Origin: Laetmonice hystrix
Taxonomy: Eukaryota
DNA length: 64,000 bases
Direction: 5' to 3'
Assembly (NCBI GenBank): GCA_965235115.1
Contig: OZ249438.1
Span: 9,052,001-9,116,000 of the forward strand
Part shown: positions 10,105-23,391 of the stretch, piece after piece
Layout: every line of letters starts with the position of its first letter
How positions within the stretch are numbered: position 1 is the first letter of the stretch
The notes under the pieces: model-generated
Told to the model about the DNA's origin: nothing
The model's input: only the letters and a program-made list of their open reading frames with translations
Database searches by the model: none
Position numbers and translations under genes: made by a program

Positions 10105-13100
10105 GTGCCACTTTTTCCCTTTCACTTCCCGTCTAAAGCAAAGGGTGAGGGATGAAGTTGGGCCCCACGGTGTGAGAGCAGATATAGACATGACACAGCA
10201 GTGAAAGCATCTGCAGTCACACTCCAAGACAGAGCTTGTGGGTTTCGGCGCAGCATGGTCGTTGTTGTTCTGGAAGAGTTGCTTGGTTGAGAGATTACTC
10301 AAGGGAACACGGGTACCGAGAAATTTTGTGAAAGATGAACGTTTCCATAGGAAATGGTTTTCTTTTCATTTTCCAGTAGGGACTGTAGTTTGAACAGTTC
10401 CCACTTTAAGAGATGCGTTCAGGCGTTGCATAGATGGTTTAAGAGTCTAATGTAGTATTTTGTCTGGTTTGTTGAGAGAGCTGTTTGAACCTTTGATAGT
10501 CAATCTTGGATTAGAGTGATATGTACATATGACTTCCGGTTTATAATTGGTATAATTCTTACCTCAAGTCTGATGGAGATTTAAGGGGATCATAAGATGT
10601 GTATATGTTTAACTCTACTGAGTGCGAATTGATACTGTGACATTGGTCTGTCTTTCAGCTGTCAAAGACGATGCCCTTATCCTGTGTTTGTTTTGTTCCC
10701 TGTGTCCAAAGAGGAGTCAACGACCAGTTCGGTTGCTCCCTTCACTTTGGGATGATGTATTTGTCTGGAAGCTGTTCTCAAACTAAATCACCAGTATCCC
10801 TGGCACTTCTGATCGTGACACAAGCACCAAGTGTATGTGTCTGGCACAGTTTCTGTATCCCCGTGCTGTCGATCACTTGGGGAGGCATTTGGCTTTTGGT
10901 TGTCGCTGTCCTGTGGAACGATCTCCATGCAGGTTCTTGAGGTCAGTAGGACCACCAACTCGCCCAACCAGCAGACAAGAGTAAGCAACCTCTCCGTGTT
11001 GCCTCTTCGCCGTTCATTCCCAACGGAACCACACTTGTTTTCACTCAGATATCGTTACAACTGGCATTCCCTGCACGGCACACGTAAATGTGACAGCGCA
11101 CTTTAGTTTGTTACGTTCAGTTTACCGGTCACGTGACACTCTTTTAGTAACAAAACCCACGTCTAACGCATTACTTGTCAATTTCAGAGACGGTACATAA
11201 TATCCTCCACTAAGAGTCTGACAAAGATGGTGGTGATATCCCGGAGGATGGAGTTTATAAAACGGAGTCCAACATGACATGCTCGTAGCAGTAGACCTAG
11301 GTCTGTTAGATGTAGGTAGCCTACACGCATACAAACATCAGATGCTAACTGTTTTATATGAGATCCACCTATGTTTTTTTTACCGTTGCAGCAGACTCGC
11401 TCCATCATACCCAAGTTGCCAAGTTTAAGTATTGGCGGGCCATGAGGACACATGAATGTGCCCATGGCAGGGGCCGTAGTGAGCCATCTAGCCTCCGCTG
11501 AGCTGGGTCTCGCACCACTTCCACCACCACCACCACCACACACCACCACCACCCGGTTGCCCCATGCACCATCACCAACCATCACCACCTACTACTACTC
11601 AGCGGCGCATTCTAGCTCGTGATTGGTCTACTACTATCTACTGCCACCGCACGCCCCCACACAGAGTCGTGACTAGTTGACTGACTGTTCTACCACTTGC
11701 CATGGAGACATGGGTTGACTGGCGCTTTGCTTGCATAATAGAAAATCTGCCGCCGCCCTGCCCACCACCTGCCATGTTGCCTCACTCGCACTGGTGCCAA
11801 TGCACGCGCTCACAAGTTCACTCTGATGCACCCGATTCCCCTCATGCACTTTCCCACACTCGCTCACTTGCTCGGCTCCTGCACGAGTCACCACCAGGTT
11901 ATAAGCCTCACCTTTGCGCAGCGTCGAGACGACAAAGTATAACGTCGATGCGCAGCGATGTGACCACCATTTTCTCCCTGTATTTTGCAAACCGTTGACA
12001 GAGTCTTCAGCCACGGCCACTGACACCTCCACTGACCACTTGTTTTGCTGTTTCCAGAGCAAAAAGCGCTTTGCGAGTGAAGTGAGAAGGCTACGTGAGC
12101 TCAGCAGCACAACCAGCTGAGCCGGCAGACAGGGCCTTATGACCTTTTGCCCCCCTGGCTCGGTGTGAATGAAGTTTGACCACTTCTGCACCACTTCAGC
12201 ACCACCCTCTGATGAGAACCTGGAAAAAAACGATACCCTGGTTGTTGCCATGACAATAGAGGATGGATCCCCCCTTTTGTCTAGCGACAAATATTATAGT
12301 GACAGCCATTATCTGACCTTGACCCTAAGGCTGATGTTCAAATGTGCTTTTGCTTCTGCGTTCCCATTGGCTAGTCTGTTCTCCGCTAGAGGTAGCAGCG
12401 GTCGCGCCATGTCCCTGCAGAGTCTTCACGCTGACACTCTTTTTAGAGAGCTGTACTTCCAAACGTACGCACGCTACCACTCAACTTCACTGGCTATTCT
12501 GCGAGTCCCACTCACCACTCTGGAAACTGAACACTACCGGGCGGGGAGTCTTGCAAATTAAGGAAGCAAAACAAGGAGAAAGAGAGCCAGGGCATTGCAG
12601 CAAGCTCTTTAAATAATAAGTGGGAAAAGAGTTGTTGCTGCACCTGGTATGGAGACTGTGGTTTCCATGCTAAAGACCCGTACAGCAGGCATTATACTTG
12701 CCTAGAATGGATGTGTGCGTGTGTGTTCGGTGTGTGTGCGTTTGTACATTTGTGGCAGCATGTGTTGAACCCCAAAAATTACTTATTTTATTGTTGGCGT
12801 ATCGCCATCTCCTGCCCTGCTAACCCGGTTGGTGAACACCTCCTTGTTTTCCTTCCCAAACCCCCTGACAAACTAACTGACCCCAGACCGTCCGCCCTTC
12901 ACGTAGACAGGCTGCAAGGAATAATTCTCATCAAGGATGGAGACCCAAGAAATGAGAGAGACAAATCTTGAACACAGCAAAATGCTATCTCTCCACAGTT
13001 GGGCACCTCAACAACGCAGGCCCCATTATACCTTGCATGTAGCACAAACTTATCTTGAATTAACCCATCAAGAACGCTTCTATAGGCCTAAAGCACACTT

Positions 13101-14492
13101 ACTGCAACTTGCTTTGTCACAAAATTCACATCATCTCACGGTAGACATAACTAACATCAAAGTGTGTCATGTTTTTGCAGGATTGACCGTTATTTCAAAC
13201 TAAAATTCAGTGCAGTATTTTGTGGAAATGTTTCGCATATATAAAATGACCATAACATTTTCGCGATATGGAAACAAATTTCTGTCTGAAGAGCTTGTGC
13301 AGAGGATGCCATACCTTGGGTTTTTAGTCCGCAGCCGTCTGACTACAGGCAAGGTCGATGGTACTGGGGTCGACGTGTCCTTTTGATTTTATTTGTCGGT
13401 TTTTATTTGCTTTTCTCCCCCAGAACGTTATAGGAAGTGGTAGGGTGTGGTATACCTATGAGTGTAATTTTTTTGATTGGTCCATCTATGTTTATATTGA
13501 GTTATTTGCTGATGTGAACATTGAAGCGTTGGGCGGTGCTTCGGATGCATGTGCGTGGCCGCTAGTACGTCGTTACGTTGGGTCTCTGGCTGTGGAATCC
13601 TGTCGTCTGCCTGCCGCCCGGCCGCGGCAGCCACCATCCAAAAATACCACTCCACCTTCGCCCGGCTCTGTTGTCTATTGTCTGCAACCAATGTTAGCAG
13701 TGTCTAGGTTAGGCTGCTGGACCTCCATACACCCCATGCAGCATCAGCAGCAGCAGCCGCCAGCATAAAGCAACATTAACTTGCAACCCCAGCGCATATT
13801 GATCATACTAGGCTACCGTATGCTGCTGTAAGCCAGTACATTAGACCTGCTCTCGCTCACCCAGTGCCCTAGTAGGCTAGCCAGTAGTGTGTGCTTTGAA
13901 CAACCTTCGAACCCCCATCTTGCCCATCCTGTCGGACCACGCGGCTTGCTGAGGGTGGATATCAGTGCATAGACCATTGGAAGTAGCTCATGATGAACAA
14001 ACTGTGTGGGACCCATGGCTTCACCTAGCACAGTGTGACACTGTGGGGGGTTTCTTTCTCCACGTCAAGGGTTCGTCAAGTAGGAGACATTCACAGCAGC
14101 GCCACCTGCAGGATACTGGAGAAAACAATTGGCGCCATCAATGACCACGGACGCTGGTTTACTCGGGGCGTTCCTTGGTGTATACTGTCTATACCAACTG
14201 GTGCCATCTGGTGTGGAACAAGTGGGGGACAACTCTGGAGAGAAGACAGAAGTGGTGCATTTCGGGATCCCGAGTGCGGAGAATGACCTAGGATCGGAGA
14301 TAGCAGATCCCAACCTAGTTGGACTGGGAGATTTTATTTCCAGGCAACTTTCCCTTCAGCGTCAGAGGTTAGGAAAATACTTCGAACTTTTTTTTTCTTT
14401 TTTTTTTTAAATTAAAGACATTGGTGTGTTACGGCGGGTAGAATACACCGTACGAGAACTAGGCCTACTTGAGATCCGAGTGACCATGATTC

Positions 14493-14574
14493 ACTGTAAA
14501 CAAAGACTGCACAGTGTTTACCGGTCCAAATGTACTGTAAACAAAGACTGCACAGTGTTTACCGGTCCAAATGT
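14493..14574. repeat. Perfect 41-bp tandem duplication
   Basis: ACTGTAAACAAAGACTGCACAGTGTTTACCGGTCCAAATGT x2. Confidence 0.95.
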
Positions 14575-14986
14575 ATTTTAATGCATTGTGAACTCACTCT
14601 GACTCGCGGACACATATTGTAGATACGTGTGCCCGGGAAGAAACAGCTTGGTTGTGAATTTCAATGCTATCATGTACATAAAGCATTTCTATTATTATAC
14701 AGAGGTAGAACATACGAAGCGCTGTCTTAATTAATTTTAAGTGTGAAGGTTGGTGGGCAACAGCTGTTGTACTTTTTGCGTGGTTTACATTTGTCTGCGG
14801 ACAAAGGGCACCATGACACTTATAAAAGACAGCAGATTCGCCAATTCCTTGGAGGTCTGACCTGGAACGAGGAGCGTGGGTTTCACATACAAGTTATAAA
14901 TGTAGTCAAAGAATTTGAGTGTTGCGACAAGCAGACATGATTGAGCAGTGTATGATGAATTACTATCTTCATGACCTTTATAAGTC

Positions 14987-15071
14987 TGTATATGTATATG
15001 TATATGTATGTGTGTATATACATATATGGGTGTATATATATGAATATATATACATATACATATACATATAC
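14987..15071. repeat. (TA)/(TATG)/(TACA) compound microsatellite
   Basis: Direct reading. Confidence 0.85.
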
Positions 15072-18000
15072 AGCCTGTGATGTTGGGGCCAGATTTCTAG
15101 TCTCTAAGATACTAAAAATGTGATGATTGTTTTATTAACTAGCCGCACACTGACAAAAATAAGACACAGAATGCTGTGAGTATAAAAAAAATCAGTAGGA
15201 ACTGTTATGTCGTGGTTACATCTTTGAGTCCTTTACGGCACGGAGAGAAAGGGAGAAGGCCACAGTCCGAAAGTTGCAGTGTTTGGAAGACAGTCCCTCA
15301 AACTGTCTTATTCCATGGAAAATTATTTTATTCACCTATCTGTTTGATAGCTACATAAATCCAACTTCTTCAGGAATTCTTCATGTACCAGTATGCTGCA
15401 CTAAGTGGATTTCATCGATGCCAGATGGCCACCACTTCGGAGAATCCAAAATAGATTTTAAACTTTTGGAAACAGCAACCACAACCAAATAACCCTGGAT
15501 TGCGTTGAGTGTCGGCAAGCCGGGGTTTGTTTTTAAAAGGAGAAAGGCCGAATTCCTGGGGGACGGTTGAGAGATTTTCTGGCGGCAACTGAAGTGGAAT
15601 CGTACTGTTTTGATGCCACCAAACCTATTAGAGTTGTTTGACTTGTGGTAGGGATGGAGAGGAGGAGGCACCAAGTTGTACGGTCGGCAAACGTTCCACG
15701 TCTGCTGACTGTTACTAGTCCCTGTGTTGTCTTGGCGACGGGTGAACCTCGACAGGCCTATAATACTGGTTGTCATGGCGTGGGGCGACTGGCCAGGGGG
15801 ACGGGGGGTTACTGCTGGTGGGAACGCGTATATCAAGATGTCATCCAAGTACCCCTGACAGGGTACCAGAGATGTTTTAACAGTTATACCATCTAGATTA
15901 TAAGTGAAGATCGGCACGATATATTATATTATGTAATCACAAGTTGTATTTTATAGCTGCAAGCAGAGCTCTGTCACAAACTCCCCTCCCCGCCTGAAAA
16001 AGGAATCCAGACTTGAGGTGCTTAAATTGAACCAAAATCTTTGACGTGCCAGTACAGATCACTCATTACCCTCGATATTGCGCTAACTTCCCGCTCGTTA
16101 TAAAGGGAGGGGAGCTCTAAGCTTACCTATTATCTATTGATGCTGGCCATTCTGTCTCTGCGAAATGTTAAACCCTACGTTCTGTGTGAACCCCTGACTA
16201 CCACCAACCCCACCAGTAGTTACTCCCCTAGTCAAGGCAGCCAGAGTGTGCTTTTTGGGACATGTTATATCTGTCCAGACATTTGTTTGCGTATATGACA
16301 CATAATATATTTAAAAAGACTTTGAACCAAACTCATACTATTTATACTCATTGCTGATACAAGCTCATATTCATATTGTTTAGGTACAGATTTTTTTCTT
16401 ATTTATTTTTTGCCGTGTTTATTGAATTTGGTCGTTATATTTTAAGAGTGATATCATCATTGGGTGCCCCCGTTTATTGTAGAGGAGGGCACAGTTCGAA
16501 ATTCTAGTCATTGCTTATTTGCCATGTATTTTGGTTTGCACTTAAGTTTAAAGTGTAATATTGAGACTGCCCATTACGACAACACATGGTAAGGCCTAGA
16601 GAAGTGCTCCTTCCAAGTCATATTGAAGTGTAACATTTGTTCCATATGTCCGATTGTGATTTGTGCCAGAAGGAGAATTCGTGTATGTTCAGTGTCTTCT
16701 TTGTTTATTATTTCAAGCAATTTTATTAGCATGTAAAATAATTTGACTAGAACATGTACAGGGAGAGTGGCGCCGGAATTGCCTGCGACTTTGGTGAGAT
16801 CCTTTTTAGTGGGTGCATTCTGATATATTACCTTAGATACGATATCTCATCCAATTCAACAGTGGCTCCAGGAAACAGTGTTATCTCATTAAACATACAT
16901 TTTAACTCGTTAATTATCACATATAATTTGAGTTTTCTCTTTCGTTGAAGAAGCTCAAAATGAGCTTCCATTGTCACTTTCCTAATTGACTAATTGGTAA
17001 TTAGAAAAGGAGTAATCTTTCAATTTAATGAGAATGCATTCTCCCCTCCTCCGCCACAAGCCGCATAACATTTCCAGCAGGGGGAGCTACCGGTACCAGG
17101 CCAGTTGTTCGATGACCTTGAAGCACCAGAGCAACTTAAAACAGTGTTTGATCGGACTTTAATGCATTCACTTAGTTTGAGTAATAGAGTTATAAATCTT
17201 CAAACCCACATAAGCGGTCGTTTCAAGGGATCGAAACATTTATTTATTAAGACTTATTCCGTATCTACAAATAGTATTTAAAGTATTCATTATTCTAAGA
17301 ATCAGAAATTTGTTATTATACTGACGTCGGATATCTATTTGTTTCAACCAATTCTCATAAAAATCAAAGAATATAAAAATAGTTCACTTCCCTGTTGGCC
17401 TTTTGTCCCCGCAAAGTATTTTAAATTGTCACAAGCCCCCACTCCTCCTCCTGTTTGTTGTTAAGAATAACCTGGTGTAAGTATGTTTAGTCATAATCTT
17501 TAAAAACAGTAAAGATCAAAACACGAATACACACGTCCCAAAAAGAAGGCTGAAAAAATACCAAAGTGGCTCTTGTACAAATGTAAAAGAACAGTGGCAT
17601 TTTGCTTTTACAGTTACATGCTTATAAATTACGGTAAAAAAATTGCGGTATGTGAAACCATCTTGAGAAAAGACAACTTTTACTGGTGCTGTTGAAGTAA
17701 TCTCAGTGCGGACTCAGAATCACAAGTGATAGTGTCTGTCTCATAGAGAAACTGAGTAAAGACCAACCCCCTCACACCCCCAATAGGTCAAGTTTAGGGG
17801 GACTATTTTTACGTAACTTCAGATTTGCATGGTTTTAGTCCTAGGCGACTGACTGCTGGTCGTTTAAAGTGGTAATAGATGCTCGACAGCTGTGGGAAAC
17901 ACTCAATGAGGTATGTATATTTGCCTCACGATATTAAAATTATTTTAAAATATTTTCAGTAAGTAAAGCTTTTGAATTAGCAATGCGATGCAATCAAAGC

Positions 18001-19039
18001 TGTGTGTACATTCTAACGGTTCCTTTCTTTGTCGCCAAGGAGATATAATGCTATTATTTTGGTACAGAGAGAGAGAGAGTTTGTTAATTAAACGAGGTGA
18101 TGTCATACGTATATTTAAATGTCGATTGGTCGTTTTCAGGGTATTTGGTTTCTGTTAACTGACCAAGTCAGAGGTGTATGTACAGTTTAAGGATTGTTCA
18201 CTGGCTGGAACCGTAGGTGTATGGAACTTGAGAAATTTGTTATTTCACGGATTTTTGCTGTTCCTGTGCCACGAAGAGAAGTGCTGGTATTGCGCTTATT
18301 AGCTTTAAAGGTAGTACACTCAATGTACACTTAAGGTAGAATAACAATTATGCTGCAAGCATTTAAAGTTCCACTGAAATCTTGAATCGGAAGTACCAGA
18401 AAAAAATTCCATGCTATACTATACGCCGACCCTCTCTTGTGGAATGACGTTTAGTTAGGGCCCCGTGTTATTACACTAGACACGCCGCCTCTATTGGTTA
18501 GGTGGTATGCTCATTCGGGCCTGTTTTTTTTCAGTTGAATATTTGTAGCAGGTTGTAAAGTTTTTTGGGGGTGAAATGGGGCACAGTTTGGCGATAAGGT
18601 GTAGGCCTATGTTTTCCCAACTCTACGCCCCTCAAACTGGTGCACGATAATACTAGAGGCCTACCGAGCGGTCAGTGTATATACATACTTTTTTTATTTA
18701 AAGATTATCACGTTTGCGCTGTGACATGACAGCAGGGGGCGCTGAAGTTACGATGTCTCCAATTTCTTTGCAATTTCCTCCCCTCAACGGCTTCAACGTG
18801 TGTCTTGTGCTGTACAAAATGTATGTGTGTAAGGTGTCAACCTCCTTGAAGGCCATCTCTCCTATGTTTCATTGTTTAAAAAATTCATTGGGAACAAGAA
18901 AGAACTGAGCGACAATTTGAACTGAAATGTTACTGAATAATGGACGTTAATACCAGAAGGATATAAATATAGCCTATCACTGTGGTAACCGCAACAGGAC
19001 ACCGAAAAAAATCACATATGTTCTGTTAAAATAAAAAAT

Positions 19040-19860
19040 AGAGGGCGCCACTGATTGACGTCCATGTACAAACCATAACGACGGGCTGCACAACCAACCG
19101 GCCTCGCTTTGATCAGGGTTCCGGTTCCGGTTTTACTTGGTGGTATATATACGGGAAACTGAGCTTATATGTTGACGTCTAGATTTGTTCTTCGACAGTG
19201 GAACAGCTAGCGGTCAGGTCTCCGAGCGGTTGACCGTTTAATCATCGATTGACTTGAAAGTCAGCAAAAAAAAGGCGCTCTACAATTGGTAAAACATTCT
19301 GGGATGTGGAGCAACAAAACTCCTACACATCACCACAGCGAGATTTACAGTAATGCGAAAAATATTTCGTCCTACGACCTTTAGTTTGCACAAAAGGCCG
19401 CCAAGAGAAATTATTGATGGTAATATGCTGCTCTTGCTGGTGACGTCACACACAATATAGATAAATCATATTACAAGGAGACGTATGGAACTTTGGAACT
19501 CAGTTTACTGCTTTTAACTGTCATGCTATTAATAGATATTTAAAAGAGAGAAAATTGATATGTGAATGAATTTTACGTCACCTGTTATCCTTTAGATGCA
19601 ATATTGGTGCATCCAACCAATCTAATATTGATCGTAAAACAAAATTGACTGATGTGGCAAAACTTAGGCTTAGGCCTGCAAAGAGTAACTGGAATGACGT
19701 AATTCCCTGTGTGTGACGTCACCGGTATGGTTTGTACATTAGTGACGTTACGTCTTCTAACGGAAGACGAGTTGACCACGACATCCACCTGTCGACCCTA
19801 ACCAATCACAGAGGGACAGTGCGACGCTTAGAACTACGCCTCATTGGGCGGTGTAACCAG
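19040..19860. promoter_or_regulatory. CRE-rich promoter/enhancer-like cluster
   Basis: TGACGTCA at 19441 and 19714; variants at 19573, 19695, 19743; CCAAT at 19802 and reverse at 19842; GGGCGG at 19845; TTCCGG repeats and TATATA near 19120-19150. Confidence 0.45.
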
Positions 19861-21237
19861 GTTACCCATTTGTTGACAGAATGATGAATAAAATCATTCA
19901 TTTGTTGTACAGCCGTGTTGTTGTCCTTATAACGCCTACACATGGTTAGAGGCACAAAAAGAATTTTGAGACTCCAGGATTAGCCCTGGCTTAGTACTTT
20001 GGCAAACATCTTTGGACCGTCAGTGAGAGGAATAGTTTTATAAACTTGGGAATGTAAACACGTGTATTACTATTATTAAGCGGAACTGAATATTCAGGAA
20101 TTTGTACCCAAAATGTTGAAGCCATTACCAGAAAATGTACTTCCGCCAATGTAATCGTAAATCTAATGGCAACAGTATTGAAATCCTATTTATTTTTGGA
20201 GCTGGATGAATACTTATGTCTCCTATACAACTTAGTGTTCTTAGACAAGAGTATTCGAGAGTATTCGTAATTGTACAGTGATATAAATTTAGATCTTTTC
20301 CTACAACGATTATTACTAATAATAGACAGACGGACAGACAGACACTGGTATAAATACAAGTACAGCTTTATTAATGAAATGACTTTCAGTTTATTTATCA
20401 CATGTCTGAGCATTTCACAGCCGATTGTAGATTCGCCCCTTCGATCCTTGTGACATCTTATTGACAGACAATATGTTATATAAACGACAACCTTTGACCG
20501 CGCGACATTCGTAGATCCGTACGAAGAGCACCATTTTGACCATAAAGCCCTGTCATTATCAGATAATTATCCTATATATAATAATGCCACCACCTAGATA
20601 CTAGGTAAACAGATGTAGGTGGCATCTAAATCTAAGGACCTCCTTACAGGAGCCAGGTTAAGCCGTATTAATTGCGAGATTCTGCGTATTTCGACCTTTA
20701 TTAAGGTAGGTCTAGGGGTCTGAATAAATCAGAGATAGAGGGACAGATTCAAGTGATTCATTATGAGCCTTATGCCTATAGAATTAACATTTTCAACTTT
20801 GGACACCTAACCTGATCCAGAACGTTTTAGAACTCTTAAATCAAAGTGTTCGGGGCGGATCCTATAGCTGAGGTGAAGGGTAGGCTACAGGGGTCAAGTC
20901 CTCCTAGGACACTAACTCTTTGGCACTAATGTATCTCTCTTTGATTTTTTTTTTTATCAGAGAGCTTACTTCTGAACTTACCCCCTTGCCTGCTTCCCCT
21001 CTTTGGACACCACTCCATCTTTCCAGAACTTTGGACCCTCTCTTGTATGCATGTGTAGAGCTATCACAAGTGAAACCGTTTTCCTTCCCAGTATAGGCCG
21101 ATATGTCACCAATTTAACCTCGATCCTTGAGATGGTGTTCTATTGATCTAACCCGTCGTCGTATACTGTCTTTGGCACTAAGCATGCACGACGCTATAAT
21201 TCTTAATTCATGAATTTTTGACTTCCCAGCACAGACA

Positions 21238-21342
21238 TCATTGTTTCGTGGCAGCTGTCGCCTCAAACTCCGTTCTGTCAGACTCCGAATCTTCACCAAC
21301 CACTGACAACAAATGTTCTTTATCTTCCGACCCGGGATCTTC
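21238..21342 (-). CDS. fusl: Fuseless-like terminal exon: EDPGSEDKEHLLSVVGEDSESDRTEFEATAATKQ*
   Basis: Strong acceptor tttctttggtttgcag|, phase 0, acidic tail, TGA stop. Confidence 0.8.
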   Translation of the reverse strand, partial: EDPGSEDKEHLLSVVGEDSESDRTEFEATAATKQ

Positions 21343-21695
21343 CTGCAAACCAAAGAAACAATAAATGACTACCGAGATCAGCTCCCGTAATTTCCATCCC
21401 CTCTAGGATTTGGTACACGCCCTCTCACGGTTGTTACTGGAACTATGATAAAACAGTTAGCCGGTGTTTGGGCCTACTTTTACGTAGGCCAAAAATTATG
21501 GACTTGGAGGTCAAACGCATCACCTTCCAGGCCTCACTCCTCTGTAGGAGGCCTACGACTGACCAAGGCTAGGTAGGTGCTATTACTTAGGACTACTATG
21601 TAAGCAAACATCAGGTTACTGCTAATTCATAGGACTTTAATATAACATGAATGCGGTACTGAAAGGTCTAGAGGTCTAAGAAAGCATTGCCTTAC

Positions 21696-22226
21696 CTCTT
21701 CATCAAACTTCTCCCGTTTGCCGCCGAATATGATCCGTAAGAAGTTGGTCTGGAAGATTCCCTGACCCTGTGTATACGAGCCGTCCACGTCGATCCCATT
21801 GGTCCCTACGTTACCGTATCCCTGCAAGACAAACAGCCCCACTGCCCCTATCCCATGGCTAACCCAGCCCCCGACCAACTCGTCCGGGAAGAAGTAGGAA
21901 TGAAGAAGGTCCCAGGCCCCGCGCCACAACAACAGAACAGCCCACGTGGCACACAACATGATGACGTCCTCGAATAGGATCTTAGCGATGACGTGACGGC
22001 GTTCGAGGGCGGAGGATAGGAGGGCGGCCGGGTACTGGAGGAGGAAGAGGAGGAGAAGGAGGAGGTAGCCAAGGAGAAGGGAAGCCACATCAGAGAGAAG
22101 GTGATTGTCCGGGAGGAAGGTGCCGTCCAGGACGTTCCAGATACCTCGCCAGACGAACACGGTTAGAGTGACCAGCACAAACTGACTGAAGCAGACGTCC
22201 AGCATGTACCAGCCAAAGTCGGTCGG
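21696..22226 (-). CDS. fusl: Fuseless-like coding exon 3 (VWRGIWNVLD and LWRGAWDLLH repeats)
   Basis: ORF 21627-22205 extended to acceptor atttcag|CCG (PTDFGWYMLD...); donor GAG|gtaagg after ...KFDEE; phase 0-0. Confidence 0.92.
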
Positions 22227-22868
22227 CTGAAATAAGACGGTTCCCGAAGTCAGAAAATGATGCTTGGATGAAAGAACTTGTTTATCTTTTTGTTATGTTG
22301 GAGCATTTGTCATTATTAACTCTGCATACGAATTTCTAGAAATAGACCGAATTCATCTTTACATTGCATGGTATTCTCTGCAGTGTTTTACCACGGAAAA
22401 ATTGGCATCTTTAACAAAGAGTCCTCGCTGATATATACACACATGTAATTCTATACTCATATAAAAAATTTACTTTGCTAAATTATCCGTCATTACTGTG
22501 ATGGTTACAAGTCTCAATAATTATAATTAATGTGGCCTAATTGTGGGTGCTTTTCTACCCGCATACTGTTTATAATGAATTGATATTGGCGCCTATGTAT
22601 GTGTGCATGACCTATGCCATGGGTAGGCGATACATATACATGTAGTGAAATTTATACGTGTGTTGCCTATGTGTAGGCCCATATTATGTCATTTTAAGGT
22701 TATGCCCATGTGTGTATTTCTAATAAGGCATACAAGTGAAGGAAATTAAAATTGATATGCCACTTATTCAGGCATATTCATTACCCTGTTAAACCCATAT
22801 TACTAGTATTCTAATTGCATATAGCCAGGCCATTTTTTAAAATTTTCTTTTTGCTAGTTCGTTCTTAC

Positions 22869-23391
22869 CTCGAATTTGAACCTGGTATCTGGCTCACAGA
22901 TCATGGTCGGGTCAGTGTCGATTTGGATCTGCACAGGCAACCCAGCGTTTGTACGTAATGTCCTGAACAGGCCAGACAGACCCACGCCCAGTATGTACCA
23001 CGTGACTGCATTGGGTATGCCCTCACCCATGTAGAGATCCATCAGGTTCCACACGCCCCTCCAGTAACACAGCAATGCCCAGGAGAAAGCATACAAATAC
23101 AGCCTTGACACCAACACGTAACGGACGGTGGACCCTTGCAATGCCCACTGTCCCAGCGGCCTCTGGATGAGGTAGCCAAGGAAGCACCCTGACGAGCCAA
23201 TGATGAGGGTCGCCCAGCTACTGTAGAGGAGGTCCGTCGGGATGACGTATACGTCAAGGAGGTCCCACGTCCCACGCCAGTGGAGCACGGCCAGGGGGAA
23301 GAAGACGAATAGGCACAGAGCCGTGTCCGCCACGGCCAGGAGGACATCCTGAAGCCGGCACATTGAATGGCCAACAGAGGCGGCCCGCCTG
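22869..23391 (-). CDS. fusl: Fuseless-like coding exon 2 (HWRGTWDLLD and YWRGVWNLMD repeats)
   Basis: ORF 22854-23432; tandem TAG/CAG acceptor (23391 or 23388); donor GAG|gtaaga after ...TRFKFE. Confidence 0.92.

Noticed and set aside
11673-12290. 205-aa minus-strand ORF
   Set aside because: No motif or splice support; lies in the unexplained GC-richer block.
15381-15917. 178-aa ORF containing YLDDILIY (RT catalytic-like)
   Set aside because: No other reverse-transcriptase motifs around it and the flanks are Pro/Ser-rich; probably chance, though a remnant cannot be excluded without a search.
19150-19275. Vault-RNA or Pol III-like ncRNA (CTTCGACAG, small hairpins after TATATA)
   Set aside because: No proper A/B boxes, and the oligo-T terminator is on the wrong strand.
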